A stretch of 20,000 bases of DNA, taken from NCBI GenBank assembly GCA_050230475.1, contig JBFLGF010000218.1, forward strand, positions 61,751-81,750, given 5' to 3'. The stretch's first letter is position 1. The number at the start of each line of letters is the position of its first letter. Positions 10,161-20,000 of this stretch are shown piece after piece. The stretch comes from Ancylonema sp. (Eukaryota). The notes under the pieces were generated by a model, which made no database searches, was not told the DNA's origin, and worked only from the letters and a program-made list of their open reading frames with translations. The position numbers and the translations under genes are program-made.

Positions 10161-10830
10161 TATGTCTATGTTTAATGGTATCCGGTCTTCGCCCCGGGCA
10201 ACGGGGCTCGGCTTCCGGGTTCTTCTGGGCTCCGGATACCGACTCGGGCTCAGGGCCCTGATCTTGTGGCCGGATTTGTACTTTGGGAAGGTCAAAGTTT
10301 GACTCATAGCCGTCAAAGTCATAGCCGGCGAGTCATCGACTTGGTCTTCTCTGTCCGATAGCGCCGCTTCCGCACCGCTTTGGAGTCAGCGACTCTCCTC
10401 GGCATCCATCGTCCACGTGCAGCGAGCTCCTGAGTGTCCCGACCTTCTCACGTGCAATGCTGCTTCAGGGCGAAGCTGCATAACATAAGTAAATTCCACA
10501 CCACTGTCAGAATGTCGTCGTATGACGCGTCACCAAGTGTGGATGGTCAATTGCCAACCGGAAGACTTTTTCAACCAGAGACTCAGTGTACCGCTGCAAT
10601 GACTACTGAAAGTTTCCTGACTTCTTTGGTCTGCCCTTTGCCGTCCCAGGCCAAATTACTCCTGCATGGCCCCTCCATAGAGATTTGGCAGAATATAAAC
10701 CATCCCCAAGGTTCTGCAAGTCCATCGGTACGACACGACCAGATCGTCCGCTGTAGTCCCAGCTCGAAACCTACCGTTAGTTTCCCACTGTCTTCTATCC
10801 TCTCTGAATTCATCACCTGCACTGGGACTC

Positions 10831-13649
10831 ATGGCTCGAGTACTACCTGTGGTCCTCGTGGCCTTCACCCCCTCTCCCTCTCGGCGCCTGCCTGTGCACG
10901 ACCTCACAATGACACATCCCGCACCGCACGCATCCACGCCCCCCCCCCAATCAATTTCCACCCTAGGCTCGGCGCAGAAAACAAAGAGCGGCAAGTGATC
11001 ATGCGCCCTTTCCCGGAACCCACCGCAGAACACGCCGGAATCGGTGGAGCAGACTCATCGAATCTTCCTCTGGAGTACCACGGGGGGAAGCTCATGGTCA
11101 ACGGCGTCAACCTGTACCTCATCTGGTACGGAAACTGGAACCAGCAGAGCGCCAGCGCGAGTTCGCAGCAGCTTCTGCGAAACTTCATCGCCTCCCTCGG
11201 ACCCAAGAATCCACTGACACCTGGCGTCAACACCGTCCGGGGCTGGTTCAACACTCTCCTCACATTTTCGCAGACTGTTGGCGGCAGTACGGCTTACGTG
11301 TCCAACCAGGTGTCGTTGGGTGGGGAGTTCAAGGACAACTATTCCCAAGGCTCCAGTCTGAACGACGACAACAGCATCGCCAACGTCGTCAAAAACGCCC
11401 TCAACCATCTGACTTCAGACCAGAACGGAATCTACTTTGTACTGCCCAGCCCTGATGTGCATGTAAGTCTCTCCACCGAAGCCGTTCCCGAGTAGGAGGG
11501 TATAGAACTACCAAAAACGGGTATAGAGCTACCAATTCATGACGCTGTACAGTCGTCTAAACTCGGTAGTGAGCAACATGTGCATAGGCACACCCGCCAG
11601 GGGAAGGCACCCCCACTCATTTGTCAAACGGAATCCTTACCTCCATACATCCATCCATCCTATGAAGATTCTACCCATGGAAACACATCCATACAGGCAC
11701 CAAAATGTACCCATTCAAACATAGTGTGCATTCGTTTATAGAGCTTTGGTTGTATAGTAACACCTTTTCCTCACACCCACTCATATATTTCCACCCAGAA
11801 CACCACCAACAAAAGTGCGCCTTCTCAGAGGTCTGACCCCCCCCAGTCCCACCCCTTCTCCCCCCCCCCCCCCCCCCCCCCAGGTCGTCCATTTCTGTGG
11901 CAGCGGCAGCTGGTGCGGGTGGCACACGTGGATGGCCGAGGGTCACAAGTACGCCGTGGTGGGGAACCCGGCGGGAAAATGCGACGGAGGGTGTGGCGAG
12001 GGGCCGGGTTCAGCGCCCAACGGCGATATCGGTATGGACGCTATGATCTCCATCTTCGCGCACGAGATGATGGAAACCATCTCCGATGAGTACAGCGATG
12101 CGTGGAATGATTCCAAAGGCGAAGAAAACGGGGACAAGTGCGCGTATGACTACGGGACCTCCATCCAGAAACCTACCTCTGGTATGCAGATCCCATCCAA
12201 CCCAACAAGTGACCAACCAACTACCCAACCGAATCCCAACCAAACTACCGATTCCCCCTCATGCTCATCCTCTTCAGATCCCACTTTCCTTTCCTCACTA
12301 TTTCTCTCCCCCTCCGTCCATGGCTTCAGGTGCTTCCTACAACCTGGTGGGCGCCAATGGTCAACCCTTTTTGGTCCAACAGCAATGGAGCATTCAGAAG
12401 CAGCAATGTGTGCTGCAGGGTCCCTCCCCCCGCTCCCCCCCCTCCCCCCCCCCCCCTGTCTCCGGTTCCTCCTCCTGCACGGGAACCGGGTCGTGCATTT
12501 CCTTGTACCAATCCGAGAACTACGGAAACTATCTTGGAACGGGGCAAGGCTCTCCCTCCAAAGGGGGAACCACGTGTTGGAATATGCCGGGGGGGGGGTC
12601 GCTCAACTCCCTCCAGATCAACTGGAATGAGCCTCAGGGCAACCCGAACGGCGTGGTAAGTCAGGGTCCTCTCATTTTGACACCGGTGTGAGCGGATAAA
12701 CAAACACGTTTGGTGTCATTGTAGCCTATGAAGTAGCTCTAATGTCCACTTTTTATTTTATTTTAATTTTTTTGGTGTCTGCCTTCTTTGTACCTTCGTG
12801 TATCTTCGCTGTCTTTTCACGTATACATCTACAATAATCTGTACCACAGTTGAAACTCAAACCTTCTTATTCATGAAAGGGTTCTCGATAGGAAGAAAAT
12901 AAAAGAAAGGGCCATGGGTAAACTGAGCGAAGAGCTCATTTTCTTTTTTCTATGCCGTGTGGCGCATATGGGTTAACACCCCGTGCTCGAGAAAAAAAAT
13001 CGGGCAGTACGGAGAGATGTAGGTGTTGAGGGTCTATGTTTCTTTAGAGAAGGGCCACCTTGAGTATTCGATCCCTCTCACTTTCTTGTACAGGGGTGCA
13101 ACGAAGTCGTACTTTGGGATAAGACGGGGTGTTGGGGAAGGTGAGCCTTCCTCCCATATCTCCAACTGTTCCAAACCTTCTCATACATACCAAGATATGA
13201 ATTCTTGGTCCTGTTGTAGTTTTGCTTTGCTCCACAATACACTCAAAGCTTGTTGAAAAGTGGGGGATGTTTTTTTTTTGCGAATGTCCCTTTCTTCGAT
13301 ATATGGTACATTTTGAGTTGGAAAACGCGAAAAACAAATCAGAAAACAAATGTCTAAATACTTTCTCATAGCGAACTTCGTATATTGAGGTTGAAGTGTA
13401 GTTCACCACGTTCTCTTCATGCACACAGCTTCTCGCTTTTTGTTTATCGGTGCATCGTGCTTTCTTTATGTGGTTGGAGAGGAGTAGTCTACTAACATAC
13501 CAAAACTGTCTCCATGATTTCGCAGTGGTGTAAACTGGAGCCGGCCCGCATGGGAAAATAAGTCTTATGGGAGTACCAACATCAATCGTATTTCGCAATC
13601 GGCCGGAAGCTATTGGACTACAAACACAAAATCCTTCTCTTGCCAGTAA
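10831..13649 (+). CDS. Secreted EXORDIUM/PHI-1 (phosphate-induced protein 1)-like protein with a Pro-rich linker and a Cys-rich C-terminal domain; 5 exons: 10831-11462, 11884-12181, 12330-12655, 13094-13140, 13526-13649 (~475 aa)
   Basis: PHI-1 motifs: LEYHGGKLM..VNLYLIWYGNW, IYFVLPSPDVH|VVHFCG...CGWH, YAVVGNP, APNGDIGMDAMISIFAHEMMETISD, GASYNLVGANGQPFLV. All four introns are GT-AG with compatible phases (0,1,0,2); donors are gtaagt, gtatgc, gtaagt and gtgagc. The signal peptide MARVLPVVLVAFT-x-LSLSAPACA needs one extra base at the C5 run ~10868-10872. Exons 4-5 are less certain than exons 1-3. Confidence 0.85.
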
Positions 13650-14647
13650 CTTCAAATGTTTCGTGATTGCTCAAAAATCCTCGGCGAACAAGGTCGAGAT
13701 GTAGGCTTGATGAGGACTAGAAAGGATGGGAGCTTATGGGACGGGATTAAATTTAGCTTCATTCCCGATTGGGGAACTATTTATTGTTTTCAGATTCGAG
13801 TAGCCATTACTATTTATTCAATATTATTGTTGTTGACGTAGGTGTGATGCTGGCTTTCTTTTCATGTTCAAACTCGCTGTTGTGTCATGTAGCAAGAAAC
13901 GAATGTTTTTCAAGACTTGGCATCACATACGCACAGTGGTTGTATATCTTGTTGTGTTCATTGTTGCATTCATCCGATTGCATGCACAAATTACTCTCAT
14001 TTTTATGTGTGTAGGCACGTTAAACAACTTGTGCAATCAGCTAAACATCACTTGTAAGATAAGAAACCTAGTGAAATTCTAGATTCAGACAGCAACATAC
14101 TCTACTTGTTGCACTGCATTTTCGCAAGGTCGTTGTGACATTACGTGTAATTTGTACCTAACTGAACGTGACAAACACATCAAGCACGACAAGAAGGAAC
14201 AGTATGCACCAATAATTCATATAGCTTAAAGTGTAGTCCACTTGCGAAGAGGACAACCGTTCACTTTGCGCCATCCCCTAGCTGCTACCGAACCTCCATT
14301 TGATTATTAGTACGTTGGTTTGAGCAAGCCTTTCGAATCACGTATGCTTCAATTTCTCAACCCAAAAGAAAACATGATATAGAAGAAGGAATCGCACTAT
14401 TTTCAATACATCGGCGGCCATGCATAATGCACTCGCTCCCAAAAGCGCCTCAATAGCGCCGGATGCATAACCTTCGTTATACAAAAATTATCGCTGGATG
14501 GAACATGATTCTCGACATTTTTCTTCCTCGCCAAAATCCCCCCGATACAAACATAAGCACCCACGTTAGAAGAAACAAAGTGTATGTAATATTCATAAAT
14601 CTTAAATGTAGTGAACCCCACCCAATACTTTGTTCCTAGATATACAT

Positions 14648-14743
14648 CATAGTTGGCCCCGCCACGGGTGTATTTATTTCCGCCCGGGGCGGGCCCGCCC
14701 GGGGCAAAAAGCGGGGCGGGATTTTCGGGGCGGAGCCACTATG
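14648..14743. mobile_element. Tiny hAT-type MITE, 96 bp
   Basis: TIRs catagttggccccgcc versus reverse complement catagtggctccgcc. Perfect 8-bp TSD ATATACAT at 14640-14647 and 14744-14751. The interior consists of GGGCGG/CCGCCC motifs. Confidence 0.88.
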
Positions 14744-16363
14744 ATATACATTTTGCATGAGGTAGTATCTCTGTACAGTAATTTCGTCACATAGTTTTTA
14801 ACAACCGCTTGTGATAAATGATTCACGCAACGAGAGTACAATTATCATCACGAAAGCTTCTCAAGTCCTCCGATTCAAGTATTTCATGTCCACATGTACA
14901 AACAATTGTACCGCCCGCTCAAAGATTTGACGACATGGATCCACGTGTCCAAACCTCGTTATTAAAACGATTGTGAAGGTTTCTTCTAGTCAGTCTAAAA
15001 ATAACTCGCTATGAGATGCATTTTCCTCGCCTTTTCTAGATTTCTTACAATGGAGTGTATGGACTTTTTTGTGTTTGTAATCCGGATAACCCCCGGCCGA
15101 AAAATGACTATTGTTTTGTATAATAACTACTGTATACAGTGAATACAATGCCGCTGTAAGATGCCGCTGTAATATGGGCAGGCGACTGGGAGTCAAATTG
15201 ACGGCGTCAAGCAGTCACCCAGATAACCGGCTGGCAACTACAGTCGGTTCCGGGTCGAGTAACTTGTTATAATGGACCTGATATTTTAAGGGAATTGTTA
15301 GGGACAAGGCAAGAAGTGTTAGTGACAAGACAAGGTCGTATTCGACTGGATCTTCATTTATGCGCGACGCAACTCAAACACTTCTGGGCCGTATATTTTG
15401 AATCCTGACTAGGACAAACTGTCGTCTTGTGAAGAAACTACATTGCAATCTTGATATAATGACAATTTTATAGACATGGGGATTTAATGTCACTATATCG
15501 AATGCTAGGGCTGTCACTATACACTGTATGGTGACATTTGATAGGGCGACAACAGTCAACAACAACCTCAACAACCTCTGAGATATCACTGAGCAGCCTC
15601 CTATGCCGATGATATCGAAACCAAGAGAGACCCCACCATTTGAAGCAACTTTTGCATGTTGTCTTAGTTGGCTTCTGTATTTAGCTGCCACATCTGTTCG
15701 GCTGGTTGAGGTTCATAGCGGCTCAGCCTAAGTTGTAAGTTGCATAAGTTGTATATGTCTCCGTCATTGTGTATCATTAGGAGGGAACAAGCTGCGGAAG
15801 TGGTCACGATTTTGATGGAAGTCTTCATAGGTTCAAGAAAGAAAGACGATGGCACTTTTCATGTTCCCATATTGCACATAAGCTGTATATTGGCATTGAT
15901 TTCGCTCGCAAGGGAAAAGAATACGCGATACCACTCTATATCACTCTCAAATACTCTTGTGCACATTTGGCACATGTGACACAGCATGTATGTCGTTCAA
16001 ACCTTAAACAATCTGGTACACATACAATCCTATTCCATTTTGTGACTGGAAAGTTACAAATTTGAAAAATGAAGTCAATTAACAAATGAAATGAAGAAAA
16101 AAACAGCCTGCCAAAGGTACATGGATTGATTGCCGTCAGCCCTAGAAATAGCATCTCTTCAACATTTGTTCTAAATCTGTCCTCTCTGCCCTTTCGTAAC
16201 AGTTCCCTCTGATAGCGGGTTTGCAACCACCTTGCATAATAATTTACCACCATCTCTGCCCCCAGTGTAAAATAAATAAGAAAGAGCTGGTAGAAAGAAA
16301 CGTGGTGCGCTCTCAACCGAATAGCTACCATTGATTAATAAATACCATGACAATGCGTGTCAT

Positions 16364-18198
16364 TTAAACCACCTCTTCTCCAGAAGGTACTCTAGTATCA
16401 CCTTGAAGAGTAGGGGTCGCTTCAGATGCTTCCTCACCAGGTGCTTCACTCTTCCCCTCCTCCAGATCTGCGGCCTTCTCCGCCTCAATTTCTTCTGATA
16501 GGGGGGGGCCAAGGGTGCGAAGTCCCCGGTTCAAGATTTGCGTGTACACGATGACTGCCAGAAACGCCCCTAGTCCTGGACCAAACCAGTAGATCCAATG
16601 CGCCCGCCAGGTGCCTCCCCACACCGCCGAGGCCAATGAACGCGCGGGATTCATAGAGGCACCGGTGATGGGCAGCCCAACACATTCTCCCACCATAACC
16701 GCAAACCCAATCAGAAGAGGAGCGATGTGGCCAGGGCCGTTTTCGTCCACGGCGGTCCCGAACACGGTCATGACGAGGGTGAAAGTGAGGACCGTTTCTA
16801 AAAGAAATCCCTGACCCGCTCCTACGCCTGGGGCGAGGGACGTGCAAGCCAGATTCCCCTGCAAAGGAATCAGATACAGATGGCAGTTAGCAAAGGCAGG
16901 TAGCGCAGTTTGTGATGAGGAGACAGAACATGGGGAGAGAGAGAATGGGGAAAGATTTCGGATGGGCTTTCCTGCATGCAGTCAATTAGTGCTGTCTGCA
17001 ATGAGCAGGCAGCTTGCAGCTCTGTATTCCGCGTGATTAAGGAGAAAGGTAGGCCACAGGTCTGGAATATCGAATTTTATCATCTAAATTATCCGTACTG
17101 TTTCGTGCCCCACAACTTACATGAGCAATGCCTGCAGCGATTTCGGAAAAGAGGCCTGCCCCAAATATGCCTCCAATCAGCTGCGCAACGACGTACATCA
17201 CCCCCCGCAGCATACTCAAGCGGCCGGATATGACAAATGCGAATGTAACAGCTGGATTCATGTGTCCTCCAGAAATGTTTCCAAAAGCTCCCACGAGCAA
17301 TGCGATGGTGAAGCCTTGGGCAATGGCGGTCTGGACAACGACTTGGGCAGAGAAAATCCCATTACTGGCCAGACCTGGAGGAAGGCCAGGGAGGGTCAAG
17401 GGAGTCAGATCAAAGTGCTCTGTAAAATACAACAGTTATATGGCCACCGTCCATTACTTCGCATCATTTATATTGGACACTGAACATTCAGCGTTGGGAT
17501 ATTTCTGCACTCCACATTGACTCTCCACCTCAACACTCCTATAGAGGGTCAGTAAGAGTGAGGAATGCCCTCTGACCGTTTCGTTCTTCCTCTGACCGGA
17601 GGAAGTGACACAATGATAACATGACTGCTTCTCCCCTATGCATATCTGTATGCATAACGGAATATACACATTGCAACCTCTATTCATTCCCCTGCTTGAG
17701 AGATTGGGTAAGAACAACAATCTCACTTCCGGAGACGACAGAGCCAACCACCGCAAAGACAAACAAGAAGGTCCCGATGAACTCTGCAGCAATCGCGCGC
17801 CATGCTCGAAATGTCCAGAGATCATAGCTGGTCGAGCCAGCCTCGAATTCGACTATGACAAAGTTATACATTGCGAAAGGAACAACGGGGAGTACGGTAG
17901 TGGTAAAGGTAATATTAATCTAGTAAAATAGGAGCTGAAATGTGAGGGAGATGCTTATCGTTATGAGGCTATATCGTTATGAGGCTATGTGATGCGTTTC
18001 GAGTGCCTTTGGCCGCAGAACTTATTTCGGGAAACGCAGTCAACATGACAGCCGTACCGTAGGGAGTGCTCCCATAAGTGCTTGACAGGGCCTCGGCGAT
18101 TTCTGAAAGAATGCTGCGAATTTTCTGCGTTTTCACCGGGGGCCGGCTCAGATACTTCAGCCGACGGGGGCAGTGGATTCGCTACGCCAAGAGGGCAT
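16364..18198 (-). CDS. Aquaporin / major intrinsic protein (TIP/HIP-like); exons 18198(or 18181)-18058, 17827-17727, 17374-17121, 16858-16364
   Basis: MIP motifs: WRAIAAEFIGTFLFVF, ISGGHMNPAVT, GFLLETVLTFTLVMTVF, TGASMNPARS, HWIYWFGP. The GT-AG introns have compatible phases (2,1,0). The C-terminal tail is acidic. The start codon is uncertain: ATG 18198 needs a 1-nt correction at the G5 run 18166-18170, or there is a further upstream exon, or ATG 17871 is used. Confidence 0.9.
17956..17987 (+). repeat. Tandem duplication of tatcgttatgaggcta (16 bp x2) in the probable first aquaporin intron
   Basis: Direct reading of two adjacent perfect copies. Confidence 0.9.
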
Positions 18199-19866
18199 CA
18201 GAATCCGATCCTCCCGCGGCTCTCCTTGCTAACCGGGAAGAGAAACACGCCAAAATACGCCAAAATACGCCAAAATCTTCAAGCCAACATCTCCCCAGTG
18301 AATGACAAGTGTTGCGGAAGATTGGCAGATTGGAACAGGTGTCATATACCAGTGATTACCTTTGTGATCGTAATAATGATAATGAATGTTACTACGAGGA
18401 AATAGAATCCAAGCCTCCCATTAGATACCATCTGAAATAACGGTCAAGCCACCGACATTGAATGACACAGATTTCGTGAAATGCTCGTGTCCCGAGTGTG
18501 TACCGAGCGCGCTCCGGGCGCTCTCGCGATTTTCCGAACTATGCCCCACTATGGGAACAACATTCTTTGTATAGGCATAAGATCTATAAGGGAACAAAAT
18601 TTGGCAAACAGGGATCGTTGGTCTTATCCACTTAGATGGAACACTCTTTATACAGGCCCCTCAATATGGCCAACCAAAATGGTGCCTAGTGACAGGGTAA
18701 GAAGTGCCATATTTTCGTGTGAAGTACCTACAAAATCGTACCTACAAAATCGTGTGAAGTACCTGCAACTTCCGGTTGGAGGGGTTGAATGCGGTACCCC
18801 GGTGCCAATATCTATCTGTGACATGCCGACATTATTCGAGTACGATGCTTCATATTTTTAACTCCGAACTTGAGATCGACGATAGCTCCCATTAGCGACG
18901 ATACAGGGAGGCATGCTACCCATTTTTAAATTTCGGTTGAGATTCTCCATCAAAACGTCCAAGAACCTTACATTTTCGACGGTCCAAATCAACTACTCCT
19001 CAATCCCATACGATACAACTTGTTAAAGTTGATAGTTTATAAAAATGATTTCCTTTCTAATAAAATAAATAATTTTCAGCCCGATTTGAGTTTTTACTTC
19101 AAATATAACATGCATATTGAATAACGGAAATAACGGTTTTTCTTTTCTTTTTTGCCCGAAGCTTTTGGTTTATAAAGATTTTATTGTAATTAAGTTATAT
19201 CGTTCAAAATGCGAATCTTATTTACACCTAACGTATAGTGCCTGATGTAAAAAGTGAAGGAGATTTTTTCGCAAACAAAATCTTACGACAAATGATCCGT
19301 TGAGATTTTCCTATGTCGATATCGGACCCAACGAGCACGTCGTCGTCATTCGTCGCCAAGGTTCACTTGCAGTATCATACATAAGTTTAATTTTCAGACT
19401 TCAAATTTTTCAAAAAAAAATGGACTTGAAACACCTTTCACGAAGACTAAGGGGTTGGAAAGGACTTAGTTTTGAAAATTGTAGAACTCCTCCGGTATGC
19501 ACACTCACCCCCTGCCAAACTAGGCACGTAGATCCGAAAACTCCACTCAGAAGTAGCACCCCTTGTTTATTGGGGCCCTATCCAAACTAACGTTTTGGTA
19601 GCAAAATTATCTGCCTAGAGACCCATGTCTAGTAAAAACAACTCTACTTCCAGATCCCTTATCCAAATAAATTGTTTTTTTTCTTAAATTGTGTGATAGA
19701 CAGCTAATCGTGACTGTCTATTCTAGAGTTCTAGATTTAACACGTGCGGCGGTTCAAACACCAGGCTGGCTAACTGAAATAAGGCTCGTCGCGCACTAGG
19801 AATCTACTAACTCGTCGATACTACAAAATACTCTTAAAAATGGTATACCGGTTTTTATAGATTTAC

Positions 19867-20000
19867 TTTTTTTTGGGTTTTTGGGTTTTTTTTTGGGTTT
19901 TTTTTTTTTTGGGTTTTTTTGGGTTTTTTTTTGGGTTTTTTTTTTTTTTGGGTTTTTTTTGGGTTTTTTTGGGTTTTTTTTGGGTTTTTTGGGTTTTTTG
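19867..20000 (+). repeat. Irregular T(5-13)GGG tandem repeat running to the window end
   Basis: About a dozen GGG triplets separated only by T-runs of variable length; no A or C. Confidence 0.9.

Larger units (their letters stand above)
7987..10170. mobile_element. Non-autonomous hAT element (~365-bp core) carrying nested insertions
   Basis: The left TIR is catagatgtacacgcccg (7987-8004). The right TIR, rebuilt by removing 9158-10160 and one TA, has reverse complement catagacatacccgcccg (15/18 match). 8-bp TSD TTTAATCG (7979-7986) / TTTAATGG (10171-10178). The subterminal motif cgcccgcgggcgg occurs near both ends (~8028, ~9142). Confidence 0.7.

Noticed and set aside
10179..10260. GC-rich segment ending cagggccctg, like a hAT right end; a possible partner is cagtgcgccg at 9096
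   Set aside because: The TIR match is only 8/12 and the flanks (ccgaaatt versus atcttgtg) give no TSD, so it is left as an orphan end.
10434..10830. 5' extension of the 353-aa ORF
   Set aside because: It starts at GTG, has no recognisable similarity and lies upstream of the signal-peptide ATG at 10831, so it is probably promoter or 5' UTR.
11860..11881. Poly-C run read as poly-proline in ORF 11815-12630
   Set aside because: It is the polypyrimidine tract before the intron-1 acceptor (cag at 11881-11883), not coding sequence.
13044..13655. 203-aa minus-strand ORF
   Set aside because: It has no recognisable motifs and is antisense to the proposed exons 4-5 of the EXO-like gene.
15374..16331. 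Minus-strand ORFs downstream of the aquaporin as extra exons or a separate gene
   Set aside because: No consistent splice chain or protein motif could be built.
18654..19600. Weak inverted similarities (gtgcctag/ctaggcac; ggcccc..aata/tattggggcc) suggesting an old MITE
   Set aside because: The matches are short and discontinuous and there is no TSD.

Overview
Eukaryotic, intron-containing DNA, most likely from a green plant or streptophyte alga (inferred from the EXORDIUM/PHI-1 gene and the TIP-like aquaporin). Bases 1-10260 are a transposon graveyard. They hold the degraded 3' end of a Helentron-type PIF1 helicase plus AP-like endonuclease gene and two nests of non-autonomous elements whose ends and target-site duplications (TSDs) can be read directly. 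Nest 1 (2632-6688) is a Mutator-like element containing a hAT element containing a solo LTR, with a Tourist/PIF MITE inserted into the Mutator TSD. Nest 2 (7979-10178) is a hAT element containing two Tc1/pogo-like elements, each carrying another MITE. Between the nests lie a truncated 3' LTR with its polypurine tract and a CRE-like LINE endonuclease relic. Bases 10831-18200 carry two convergent host genes. The first is a five-exon secreted EXORDIUM/PHI-1 gene fused through a Pro-rich linker to a six-cysteine, beta-gamma-crystallin/MiAMP1-like C-terminal domain that the ORF track misses. The second is a minus-strand aquaporin with an unusual Q/E/A/R selectivity filter. The window ends in an irregular T(n)GGG repeat. 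All calls are by eye; no database searches were run.
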